From positions 32,001 through 96,000 of IMG/VR virus record IMGVR_UViG_3300037808_001516: a stretch of 64,000 bases of DNA; one strand, 5' to 3'. The stretch's first letter is position 1, and the number at the start of each line of letters is the position of its first letter. Source of the stretch: a virus. The position numbers and the translations under genes were made by a program. This document shows, one piece after another, positions 48,165 through 57,278 of this stretch. The notes beneath the pieces were generated by a model that did not search any database, was not told where the DNA came from, and saw only the letters and a list, made by a program, of their open reading frames with translations.

Positions 48165-49367
48165 ATGTCTAAAAGAGTTAACTTAAAAGCAGTTCAGTTT
48201 TCTTCGAATGGAGACACAATAGATATCGCAGACAGCGACAACTTATCTTTTACAGATGGTTCGGGCACAGACAAGCCTTTTTCTATATCTGCTTGGGTGT
48301 ATGTCGGAAATATCGCAACAGACTCAGGTGTAATAATTTCACGAAGAAATAGAGACGGCGCCGGCGTCCAAGACGGTGAGTGGATAATAGAACACGTCAA
48401 CGGAAAAATTAAAGCTTACTTGTATGCTGATAATGCTTATAACGAACAAGCAGGCTTCTCAACTTCGAACAGGTTAATATTTGAATCTTCTGCCGCAAAC
48501 CTAACTTCTGCTACCTGGCACTTCATAACAGTTACATACGATGCAAGTCAAGCCACCACCGGACTTAAGGTATACAAAGATGGGACGGAGATCACTGCGA
48601 ACAAAACTGTACAGAAGAACCTCTATGCCGGCATGCCCAATTATAATATCGTTACTACCATCGGCGGCACCGACAGCCCCGATACAAATACGTTTGAGGA
48701 TAACATTGCTGACGTCGTTGTTTTTGATAAGGAACTTTCGCAAACTGAGATAACAGAAATATACAATGGCGGAAAAGTTAAAAACATGACAAAGGCCACC
48801 ACATACAACAACATTATCTCTTGGTGGAAGATGGGCGACGACACCGATGCTCCAATCGCCAATGGAATAAAAGACTATGTGGGCTCGAACAACGGGACCA
48901 TGGTCGGAGACTCTGTTATAGTCACTGTACCCGCACTGGATACAGACAGGATAGGTAATGACGGAGTTATGATACCATCAAGTTGGGGTCGCACCCGACA
49001 ACCAAAGAACATCGCTGGCGACCACCAGGTATATGTTCATGGTGGCATCGCAGGAAACATGCCGACAACAGTACCAAGCGGAGTAGACGCAGGGTATGCG
49101 CTGGAAAACCAAAGATATCTACATCTTTACTGGAAGGCTGCATCCACAACTGCAGCAGTGACAGCCTGGACATACAGTCATGCCTCCGGCGATTGGTCAG
49201 AACTATATGATACTGGTGGAACACAGGTGAAACTGTCAGTCTCAGGGGCCCCCGCAGATACCATGAGAATCTTTGAAGTGTCAGGTGTAGACAGGGTTTA
49301 CTTTCGCCAATCCGGCACCGCACTCGCGGCAACTGATTTGTTTGCAGCAGCTGCCTCTAGCTTCTAG
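48165..49367 (+). CDS. LamG/ConA-like domain fused to the decoration-like domain
   Basis: FSISAWV...WHFITVTYD...LKVYKDG...IADVVVFDKELSQTEITEIYN...ISWWKMGD LamG pattern, then the paralog of 47736..48155. Confidence 0.7.
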   Translation: MSKRVNLKAVQFSSNGDTIDIADSDNLSFTDGSGTDKPFSISAWVYVGNIATDSGVIISRRNRDGAGVQDGEWIIEHVNGKIKAYLYADNAYNEQAGFSTSNRLIFESSAANLTSATWHFITVTYDASQATTGLKVYKDGTEITANKTVQKNLYAGMPNYNIVTTIGGTDSPDTNTFEDNIADVVVFDKELSQTEITEIYNGGKVKNMTKATTYNNIISWWKMGDDTDAPIANGIKDYVGSNNGTMVGDSVIVTVPALDTDRIGNDGVMIPSSWGRTRQPKNIAGDHQVYVHGGIAGNMPTTVPSGVDAGYALENQRYLHLYWKAASTTAAVTAWTYSHASGDWSELYDTGGTQVKLSVSGAPADTMRIFEVSGVDRVYFRQSGTALAATDLFAAAASSF

Positions 49368-49401
49368 CAGAAATTTTTCCTTCCCTTTAGAAACTGAAAA
49401 C

Positions 49402-49410
49402 ACTATTTAT
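49402..49410 (+). promoter_or_regulatory. Putative late promoter ACTATTTAT
   Basis: Intergenic, upstream of scaffold and major capsid genes. Confidence 0.7.
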
Positions 49411-49466
49411 TAAGAGGCGGACCAATCCGTCGTCCGTATAATATAATTTGTTAGGAGTCAAAAATA

Positions 49467-50663
49467 ATGTCAAACTTACTGGAAAGAGCAATCATCGATG
49501 CAAAAGCGTTGAAGGAAGTGGCGCTTAAAAACGCAGAACAGCTTGTAATAGAGAAATACTCTGTAGAAGTCAAAGAAGCGATGAGCCAGATCCTTGAAGA
49601 TGAATCTGCCGAAGCCATGGTCGACCTCTTCGGAGATGAACAGTCTGCAGAAGCAGGCATGCCCGAGTCTCCTGAAGGAGAAGAACTCGAAGATCCTATC
49701 ACAACTAGTGATATAGAATCTCAGATACCAGATGCATTCATGTCCGACGACGAAGAAATAATCCAAATCAAGTTGGACTCTCTCGATGATGAAATCGAAG
49801 ACGAAGATGCTTTGTTTGGAGGAGACGACAAGCTGGATGACGATGAGATAGGTATCGACATCACAGACGACGAAGAGATGGACGCGGACCTTGATGCCTC
49901 TATCGAGCCTGACATCGACCTGGGATCTGATCTCGGCTCCGACATAGGCGCAGGCATGGACACTGCAGGATTGCAAGAAGTCATAGCTTCCGCTTTACAG
50001 GATATTCTATCCGAGGAAGAAGAGGATGAGGAAGACCTTAACGAAGAGGACAAAGAAGAACTCGATGAGGAGATTGACCTAGATGAGCTTATGGAAAGAG
50101 TCAGAGTCGAAGGCACTCCACAAAAGTCTGGTTGGGCCGGAACACCAGAATCTATCATGAAAGAATACGAATCAATGCTGCTTGCTAGAGAGCAAGACAG
50201 CGAAGTAAAAGAAGAGAACGAGGAACTTCGAAAGAATGTTGCCGCTCTTCAAAAAGAAAACAAGACACTTACTTCTGCGGCACTCAAGCTGCAGGAGCAA
50301 AACAAAGATTTTACTACAGCATTTAACACATTGCAAGAAAAGTTAGAGACCATGAATGTTTCCAACGCAAAGTTGCTGTATATTAACCAGGCTCTAGAAA
50401 ATGCCTCCTTGAATGAGCGACAAAAAAGAAAAATTGTCGAAGCCATTTCGAAAGCCGGAACAGTACAAGAAGCAAAGATTGTATTTGAAACTATGAACGA
50501 CACAGTTGTTACTACTTCAGACGTGAGGAAAGAAACTACTTTAAGTGAAATGGTATCAAGAAAGTCTTCACTACTTGTCGCGGCTCGAAAAGAGCAACCA
50601 AAACAGGAAGCCAGCCCCTTATTCAATAGAATGCAAGCGCTGGCAGGAATAAAGACAAATTAA
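49467..50663 (+). CDS. Prohead scaffold/core protein (gp22-like role)
   Basis: Highly acidic middle, coiled-coil C-half, many [LI]-x-E sites, ends RMQALAGI; immediately upstream of the MCP. Confidence 0.75.
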   Translation: MSNLLERAIIDAKALKEVALKNAEQLVIEKYSVEVKEAMSQILEDESAEAMVDLFGDEQSAEAGMPESPEGEELEDPITTSDIESQIPDAFMSDDEEIIQIKLDSLDDEIEDEDALFGGDDKLDDDEIGIDITDDEEMDADLDASIEPDIDLGSDLGSDIGAGMDTAGLQEVIASALQDILSEEEEDEEDLNEEDKEELDEEIDLDELMERVRVEGTPQKSGWAGTPESIMKEYESMLLAREQDSEVKEENEELRKNVAALQKENKTLTSAALKLQEQNKDFTTAFNTLQEKLETMNVSNAKLLYINQALENASLNERQKRKIVEAISKAGTVQEAKIVFETMNDTVVTTSDVRKETTLSEMVSRKSSLLVAARKEQPKQEASPLFNRMQALAGIKTN

Positions 50664-50699
50664 TTCTAATAATATTACAGAAAAGGAGGTGAATTTATA

Positions 50700-52481
50700 A
50701 TGTCTATTTTACAAAAATTAACAGAAGGCGTACAGTCCCGCGATATGCAGGCCGAAGGTGCAGCTCTTCTTAACAAATGGGAAGCTACTGGCTTGCTTGA
50801 GGGTCTCAATGAGGGATCAGCAAAGCAAGGTATGGCAGTTCTTCTAGAAAACCAAGCAAAGGAGCTTCTCCGTGAGGCTTCTACAATGGGTGCAGGCGAT
50901 GTCGAAGGCTTCGCAGCAGTTGCATTCCCAATCGTTCGTCGTGTATTCGGCGGGTTGATTGCAAATGATCTCGTATCGGTTCAGCCAATGAGCTTGCCGT
51001 CCGGTCTCATTTTCTTTCTTGATTTCACACATAACAATTCTAAGGGTGGAGCCATCGGTGGCGATTCTATCTATGGCGGTAATGTGGTTGGTCGTCAGTT
51101 GACTGGCGGTGTTAATCTTGCAGATCCAGCCGGCTACGGCAACAACGTCGGTAAGGGTGGTCACTATGACTTCGGTCATGCACACTCATCACCAACTGGT
51201 TCTGCAACTTCAACAGCTACTCGTAGTACTGCTACCGGCGTCGGTTTTACTAGCAAGACCATCGCGAGCCTGGTTGAGGCTGATCTTAAGCTTATCGATT
51301 ATGACGTAGATATCACGGAATTAGGCAACAGCGACTCTGATGCAGAAATTACAGTTCAGGTGATTACGGACGCTGCTGAGTTAACCGCGCTTAAAGCAGC
51401 AAATATCGACCTAGAAAATCTTTCTGGCCTACAAATCGCGGCCGCTCAACTTGATACCCCTGAAAGAATGGTTCGTAGGTTAACCAAAGCAATACACAAC
51501 GCAGCAGGTGAACTTACTGGTATCCGAATCGTCCTCATCGACGAATCAGGCGCTGTCACAACCGTCGCTACCGATAATGTGGATTTCACATTCCCAGTTG
51601 TTGACGAGTTCACAAATGGTGTAGCTGCAGGTTCAGTTGTTGGTGGTGCACCATTCGGTCTTGAAGGTTCCGACAATAATGGCGGCGACTTTGATGGTGT
51701 TGGTCGCGACATAATGTCCGAGATCGACATCAAGGTTGACAGCATCGCTGTTACCGCACAGACCAAGAAGTTGAAGGCCAAGTGGTCTCCAGAGCTTGGT
51801 CAGGACCTCAACGCATACCACAACTTGGATGCAGAGGTTGAGTTGACTGGCATTCTTTCAGAGCAGATTGCTTTGGAAATTGACCGTGAGCTTCTTAGTG
51901 AGCTTGTTAACGGTGCAACCGCCGGTACTCGATACTGGAGCCGCGCTCCAGGTTTGTTTGTTAACTCTCTCGGCCAAGAAGTCGGTGCTAACACAGCTGC
52001 TCCAGACTTCACCGGTACAGTTAGCGAGTGGTACGAGACGCTCATTGAGACAATCAATGATGTAAGCGCTCAGATCCACAGAAAGACGCTTCGTGGCGGT
52101 GCAAACTTTGTTGTTTGCTCTCCAGAGGTTGCTAACATCCTTGAGTTCACCAGTGGTTTCCGCGCAAGCGTAACTGCTGACCAGGACAGAGGCACAATCG
52201 GCGCCGTCCGCGCTGGTAGCTTGAGCAAGAAGTTCGACGTTTACGTTGATCCTTACTTCTTGCGAAACGTGATCCTCGTTGGTCGTAAGGGTAGCTCGTT
52301 CCTTGAGAGCGGGTTTGTATATGCGCCTTACGTACCACTCCAGGTAACACCAACCATCTTCGGTACGGAAGACTTCATACCGCGTAAGGGTGTAATGACC
52401 CGCTACGCGAAGAAGATGGTACGACCTGACATGTACGGTCTTGTTGTTGTTCAGGATCTACTTGGTAAAGAAGGTAGATAA
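50700..52481 (+). CDS. Major capsid protein (T4 gp23-like)
   Basis: LLENQ, FPIVRRVF..LIANDLVSVQPMSLPSGLIF, KKLKAKWSPELGQDLNAYHNLDAEVEL, EIDRE, YAPYVPL, GVMTRY; AGGAGGT SD. Confidence 0.97.
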   Translation: MSILQKLTEGVQSRDMQAEGAALLNKWEATGLLEGLNEGSAKQGMAVLLENQAKELLREASTMGAGDVEGFAAVAFPIVRRVFGGLIANDLVSVQPMSLPSGLIFFLDFTHNNSKGGAIGGDSIYGGNVVGRQLTGGVNLADPAGYGNNVGKGGHYDFGHAHSSPTGSATSTATRSTATGVGFTSKTIASLVEADLKLIDYDVDITELGNSDSDAEITVQVITDAAELTALKAANIDLENLSGLQIAAAQLDTPERMVRRLTKAIHNAAGELTGIRIVLIDESGAVTTVATDNVDFTFPVVDEFTNGVAAGSVVGGAPFGLEGSDNNGGDFDGVGRDIMSEIDIKVDSIAVTAQTKKLKAKWSPELGQDLNAYHNLDAEVELTGILSEQIALEIDRELLSELVNGATAGTRYWSRAPGLFVNSLGQEVGANTAAPDFTGTVSEWYETLIETINDVSAQIHRKTLRGGANFVVCSPEVANILEFTSGFRASVTADQDRGTIGAVRAGSLSKKFDVYVDPYFLRNVILVGRKGSSFLESGFVYAPYVPLQVTPTIFGTEDFIPRKGVMTRYAKKMVRPDMYGLVVVQDLLGKEGR

Positions 52482-52507
52482 TACAGCTACAAGCTAGCAC
52501 AAAAGCT

Positions 52508-52540
52508 AAGCCCAGTCTTCGGACTGGGCTTTTCTTTTTC
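52508..52540 (+). terminator. Intrinsic terminator with C(UUCG)G tetraloop
   Basis: AAGCCCAGTC-TTCG-GACTGGGCTT followed by a T-rich tail, right after the MCP gene. Confidence 0.9.
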
Positions 52541-52557
52541 TATTGATTAAACCATGT

Positions 52558-52566
52558 ACTATTTAT
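52558..52566 (+). promoter_or_regulatory. Putative late promoter ACTATTTAT
   Basis: Just downstream of the terminator, about 32 nt before ATG 52599. Confidence 0.7.
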
Positions 52567-52598
52567 ATTGATAACCTTAAAACAGGAGGACCCCAAAA

Positions 52599-53495
52599 AT
52601 GGGCAAGAAAAGAAGATATTTGACCAATCCCAAGAAGTTTGGCAAAAAGCATTTTGAAATTTTAGACAACATGGACGGCACTGATGACAATATTATTTCA
52701 TCGGACAACGCCGTACTAGCTATAAGAACACTAGGACTCGTAGCAAACAATGACAGGACAATCTCTCTTACAACAGAGTTGTTCGGTTCAGGTTCAGACA
52801 CAGAGTTCTTAAGGTACAAGTTCCCTGTTACTGGTGGCGTAGCAGTTCTCGCCGACATTATTGGTAGCGAGACTTGTGAGAGAAAAGTTACTTCCACTGG
52901 ATATCAGTTCACGGCTTCATTGCCGGCTAACGCTAGCGTGGCAGGCCCACTGAGAGACGCCTCCGGAAATATCTTTGTCTTGCCCACAGGTAAGACAGAT
53001 GTGTTGGCTGCCATAGGAACTAACTTTCCAGACAACATATCAACCCCAGCAAATGCAACGACTTTCTTGCAAGAGTCGGTAACAGTTAGCACGGCCCCAA
53101 TCGGCGTAACCAGTACACTCTTGGATACCTCTCTTAGTAGCACCGGCGCACTAACAATGAGTTGTACTGCTGGATTAGTTGGAACAGGTCCACAACACGG
53201 TTCTGGTTCTGGAGTTGGATCGTCTCAGGTTTACTCTATCGCTAGCGCCGTCGGTCATGGTTTCCACGTCGCCTTATCTGGCAACTTGACAGGGTCCTTG
53301 ACTTTGAGCCAGCATAGCGGTTTTGCAACGACGCCAAACTACCATGGAAGCTCATCGGTTGTTCTTTTGGCTTCCGCATCAGTTGCTGCACTTGCTGCAC
53401 AGACACTTACTGTCACATTCACTCCACTGGATGTAAACGGAGCACAATCAACAAGCGAAGCGGTATCGACAACGATGACCGTACCATTCACATAA
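52599..53495 (+). CDS. Virion protein with basic MGKKRR N-terminus and S/T/G-rich beta domains
   Basis: AGGAGG SD; N-terminus resembles that of the next gene. Confidence 0.6.
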   Translation: MGKKRRYLTNPKKFGKKHFEILDNMDGTDDNIISSDNAVLAIRTLGLVANNDRTISLTTELFGSGSDTEFLRYKFPVTGGVAVLADIIGSETCERKVTSTGYQFTASLPANASVAGPLRDASGNIFVLPTGKTDVLAAIGTNFPDNISTPANATTFLQESVTVSTAPIGVTSTLLDTSLSSTGALTMSCTAGLVGTGPQHGSGSGVGSSQVYSIASAVGHGFHVALSGNLTGSLTLSQHSGFATTPNYHGSSSVVLLASASVAALAAQTLTVTFTPLDVNGAQSTSEAVSTTMTVPFT

Positions 53496-53511
53496 TACGA
53501 AAGGATAAGTA

Positions 53512-53904
53512 ATGGGTAAAAAGAAGAAGATTCTTCTCAAGTACAAGAAACTTGGCATAATAAGCAAGAAGTGGGAAAAGAAATTTGCTCACTTCTTGCA
53601 GGCCAACATCGACACATTCACTGCAAAAGTTGAAGAGACATTGGAAAAGGTTGATCAAGTTCTTGAATCAACGCAAGTTGTTATCGATTCTACAAAAGAA
53701 GTCGAACCAACTGAGCCTGTAGAAGTGGTCGTGGAAGAGAAGCCTAAAACTACAAGAAAAAGAAAGTCGCCTACAAAGAAGACTGCTACTACTGCAGATA
53801 AGAAGACGACACCAGCCAAGAAGAAGCCAACTGGTTCAACTGAAAAGAAAACCACCACTACAACTCGTAGAAGGCGAACCACCAAAACTAAAACAGAAGC
53901 CTAG
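53512..53904 (+). CDS. Basic protein with K/T-rich histone-like tail
   Basis: MGKKKKILL N-terminus; C-terminal KTTRKRKSPTKKTATTADKKTTPAKKK...RRRRTTKTK. Confidence 0.6.
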   Translation: MGKKKKILLKYKKLGIISKKWEKKFAHFLQANIDTFTAKVEETLEKVDQVLESTQVVIDSTKEVEPTEPVEVVVEEKPKTTRKRKSPTKKTATTADKKTTPAKKKPTGSTEKKTTTTTRRRRTTKTKTEA

Positions 53905-53924
53905 GTGAAATGGCCGCCTGGACA

Positions 53925-53933
53925 ACTAGTTAT
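53925..53933 (+). promoter_or_regulatory. Late promoter variant ACTAGTTAT
   Basis: ACTAnTTA variant, intergenic, about 32 nt before the neck gene. Confidence 0.45.
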
Positions 53934-53965
53934 AATGATAAACTATAACTTGTGAGGATCTGTAA

Positions 53966-55225
53966 ATGTCTCTACCAACTCTAACTCCAGCGAGCGCTCT
54001 TTCGGCCGTTGTACTTCCTGTTACTGGTGCAACCAACAAGGTAAACACCGCGGTACCATACAAGATTTACTCTGATGAAACATCGCCGCTTTACTCTTCT
54101 GAGTTTATTTCAGGCGCAGTGGATCAGGTATCTTATGTGTATAAGAAACTTGGAGGAGATGTACTAGACCTGGAGATAACAGAGGGAAATGTTTACGCTG
54201 CTTACGAAGAAGCTGTTCTGGAATATTCATACTTAATAAACGTCCACCAAGCAACAAACATTCTATCGGATACTCTAGGGAACACTACAGGATCGTTTGA
54301 TTCAAAGGGCAACATAGAGTCAGGCTCATTGTCGTCTTCGTTGGGAGGCGAACATGTAGCGCTTAAGTACCCCAAATTCGAATATAGCATGACCCGTCGC
54401 ATCGCTGATGGTGTAGGTGCAGAAGTGGGAGTTAATGGCTCGGTCCAATACTCAGCTTCTTTCGATGTTACTTTTGGTATTCAAGATTATAACCTTCAAG
54501 ATATTATAAGTTCTTCTGAAGAATACTCCGGATCAGTTGGGAACAAGACAGTGCTTATTAAGAAGGTCTTCTATAAGACCCCTCACGCCATGTGGAGATT
54601 TTTTGGTTATTACGGTGGACTGAACGTCGTGGGCAACATGCAGAGTTATGGTCAATTTTCAGACGACTCAACCTTTCAACTGATTCCGACCTGGCAAAAC
54701 AAGTCTCAAGCGCTGGCTTTCGAAGATGCAATATATACTAGAATGTCTCATTTTTCATATGAACTGAGAAATAACAACTTAAGGCTAAGCCCTATACCAT
54801 ACACTGGCGGCCCAACAAAGATGTGGGTTGAGTTCTCTATACCAACGGACGTTTGGGACAACGACGACACCGCAACTGACGGTATAAACAACATGAACAC
54901 GTTGCCGATCGGAAATCTTCCGTTTAAGAACATAAATTCAATAGGTAAGCAGTGGATCAGAAGGTTTGCCTTGGCACTATGTAAAGAGACTTTAGGGCAG
55001 GTAAGATCTAAGTTTGGAAATGTTCCAATACCAGGTCAGCAGGTCAGCTTGAACGGTACCGCACTGGTCAGTGAAGCAAAAACAGAGCAGAATGCTCTGC
55101 GAGACGAGCTAAAAACTACGCTAGCTGAACTTACATATGCTAAATTAGCCGAAGCTGATGCGAATATGCTTGAAAGTACTGAGAAAGTTTTGGATAAGGT
55201 TCCAAACTATATTTTTGTGGGGTAA
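53966..55225 (+). CDS. Neck/head-completion protein (gp13-like)
   Basis: YVYKKLGGDVLDLEI..., WIRRFALALCKETLGQVRSKF..IPIPG..VSLNG, typical of gp13-like adaptors. Confidence 0.75.
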   Translation: MSLPTLTPASALSAVVLPVTGATNKVNTAVPYKIYSDETSPLYSSEFISGAVDQVSYVYKKLGGDVLDLEITEGNVYAAYEEAVLEYSYLINVHQATNILSDTLGNTTGSFDSKGNIESGSLSSSLGGEHVALKYPKFEYSMTRRIADGVGAEVGVNGSVQYSASFDVTFGIQDYNLQDIISSSEEYSGSVGNKTVLIKKVFYKTPHAMWRFFGYYGGLNVVGNMQSYGQFSDDSTFQLIPTWQNKSQALAFEDAIYTRMSHFSYELRNNNLRLSPIPYTGGPTKMWVEFSIPTDVWDNDDTATDGINNMNTLPIGNLPFKNINSIGKQWIRRFALALCKETLGQVRSKFGNVPIPGQQVSLNGTALVSEAKTEQNALRDELKTTLAELTYAKLAEADANMLESTEKVLDKVPNYIFVG

Positions 55226-55230
55226 TGTAA

Positions 55231-55719
55231 ATGTCTGAAGATAACAAATGGTCACAACCAGCATCACCGCCGCCGCCCTTGTTTACGGGAAAGAAGGAAA
55301 AAGACCTTGTAAAGCAAGTCAACGATGAAATCATCGAAAGAGTTGTTGGGCAGACAATAGCATACTACCCAGTAAGCTTGGAGCATACAAATTTTCACGA
55401 AATCTATGGAGAAGCCATACAAAAGTCTTTTTTAAACCCAATAAGAGTCTATGCGATGGTCTCTTATGTGTCAGAGACAACCACGACCACTCCGCTTGGC
55501 GTAGACAGGGTTGAAAGAATAAAGGTATCGTTTCACAAAAGAAGATTAACAGAAGATCAGGACCTCTTTGTCAGAGAAGGGGACTTTGTACAGTACGGTG
55601 ATAACTTTTATGAAATATTGACACTCTCTGAACCGATTTGGCTTTACGGACAAGTAGAATCGAAGTTCGAAATAACCGCAGAGTGCGTCAGAGCTAGAGA
55701 GGGTTTATTTAATGTCTGA
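55231..55719 (+). CDS. Neck/head-closure protein (gp14-like)
   Basis: GQTIAYY...EIYGEA...VREGDFVQYGDNFYEI; follows the gp13-like gene. Confidence 0.65.
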   Translation: MSEDNKWSQPASPPPPLFTGKKEKDLVKQVNDEIIERVVGQTIAYYPVSLEHTNFHEIYGEAIQKSFLNPIRVYAMVSYVSETTTTTPLGVDRVERIKVSFHKRRLTEDQDLFVREGDFVQYGDNFYEILTLSEPIWLYGQVESKFEITAECVRAREGLFNV

Positions 55720-56530
55720 AATTACCAACGATGTGAAAAAAGTCTACTTTGACCCATCAACTATTGAAACTATTGACAAATCTGTGTTAAACTTTATTAA
55801 AGGATTGAATCTTTTCTCGAATACTAATGAAGGGTGGAGAGAGGTTCCAGTGGTGTGGGGAACTTCAGAGAGAGCATTCCTGGTAAAGAACAGCAAGGAC
55901 ATAAGAGACCAGCAAGGGATCCTAAAGTTGCCAATAATATCGGTATATAGAAGCTCCATAGTGAAAGACATGTCGAGTAAAGGAGTATTCCAGGGCAATG
56001 TGCCTGGCAACAACGACGAACAAGGAGGAAGCCTTGTTGTGTCGAGAGTCATAAACCAAGATAAAACAAAGAACTTTGCAAACGCAGACGCAAAGAGACT
56101 CTATAAGCAGGAGAACTATCCTTACGATAATCAGAAGATTGTATACAAAACAGTCAGTGCACCAATGCCTGTAAATGTAACAGTATCATATGAAATTACG
56201 ATAAGAACAGAATATCAGCAACAAATGAACGAATTAATGTTGCCTTTTATCACAAAACCTGGTACTATAAACTATGTAAATTTACAAGAAAGCGAACACA
56301 GATTTGAAGGATTCGTAGACGGAAACTTTAATGACCAAGGAAACTTGCAGAACTTCTCTTCTGATGAGAGAAGGTTTGAGACCAAGATATCATTAAGAGT
56401 TGTCGGGTATTTAGTCGGTGAAGACAAAAATGGAGAAAGACCACACTACTCGATCCGAGAAAATTTTGTAGAAGTAAAGATGCCAAAAGAAAGAATTATA
56501 ATAGATCCCGATGAGTGGGACAAGACATAA
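55712..56530 (+). CDS. Tail completion/sheath stabiliser (gp15-like)
   Basis: VPVVWG..E, LKLPIISVYR, PMPVNVTVSYEITI...QQMNEL; synteny after gp13/gp14. Confidence 0.65.
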   Translation: MSEITNDVKKVYFDPSTIETIDKSVLNFIKGLNLFSNTNEGWREVPVVWGTSERAFLVKNSKDIRDQQGILKLPIISVYRSSIVKDMSSKGVFQGNVPGNNDEQGGSLVVSRVINQDKTKNFANADAKRLYKQENYPYDNQKIVYKTVSAPMPVNVTVSYEITIRTEYQQQMNELMLPFITKPGTINYVNLQESEHRFEGFVDGNFNDQGNLQNFSSDERRFETKISLRVVGYLVGEDKNGERPHYSIRENFVEVKMPKERIIIDPDEWDKT

Positions 56531-56554
56531 ATCAAAAAAGAAAGGATACTTAAT

Positions 56555-56875
56555 ATGTCAGAAGAAAACAACAAAGAGCAAGAAAACGCGCCACAATCAC
56601 AGGAGGTCGTAGAGATCGAATGGGAGGAAGTCAAGGAACTTGTCAGTGTCAGAGCAGCACTAAGCCAAACAGAGAACGAACTAGCACGGTTTATGCTACA
56701 GGCTGAGAGAAGAAAGAACATGCTGGTGGCAAAAGTAGAGCAACTCGAAGCTGGCCTCTATCAGTTGGGTTCAGAGCTTAGAAGTCAGAAAGAGATTGAT
56801 GACTCATTTACTTACGAGTTAAAATTACCATCCCAGATTGGGGAAAAGGGCTATTTTCTCCGGAAAGATTCATAA
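56555..56875 (+). CDS. Coiled-coil hypothetical protein
   Basis: 106 aa with AAGGA SD. Confidence 0.55.
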   Translation: MSEENNKEQENAPQSQEVVEIEWEEVKELVSVRAALSQTENELARFMLQAERRKNMLVAKVEQLEAGLYQLGSELRSQKEIDDSFTYELKLPSQIGEKGYFLRKDS

Positions 56876-56936
56876 ACACCACCACAGCAGACTACTTAGG
56901 TTATAACCGCAAGTTCAACATAACAAGGAGAGAGCG

Positions 56937-57149
56937 ATGTATACAACTAGCGACATAGGCATAGCAGCTTATCTGCAACTAAGGAAGTTTAAGCTTACGG
57001 AGTGTAGGAGATTGGACTCTGGGAAGTTTCATTTTGTCTTTGAAGACCCTAATAATCAATGCTCGGTAATTGCACTTGAGTTTCTAGATTCTGACTTTTG
57101 CAGATTTGATAACAACGTTAGAAACTTAAAGAAAATTCTCTTCTCTTAG
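56937..57149 (+). CDS. Small protein, DUF5659-like
   Basis: YTTSDIGIAAYL...GKFHFVFED pattern; AAGGAG SD; ACTACTTAG motif variant at 56891. Confidence 0.5.
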   Translation: MYTTSDIGIAAYLQLRKFKLTECRRLDSGKFHFVFEDPNNQCSVIALEFLDSDFCRFDNNVRNLKKILFS

Positions 57150-57160
57150 TGTAATCGGAA

Positions 57161-57169
57161 ACTATTTAT
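57161..57169 (+). promoter_or_regulatory. Putative late promoter ACTATTTAT
   Basis: Start of a long AT-rich leader before the 1350-aa fibre gene. Confidence 0.65.
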
Positions 57170-57278
57170 AAGCAGACGTTCGTTAGCTTCATTTAAATAA
57201 CATTCCCTCATATTTAATACTCTTATATTTTATAAAATAATATTATTTTTTATATAACATATATAGGAGGAAAAATAT

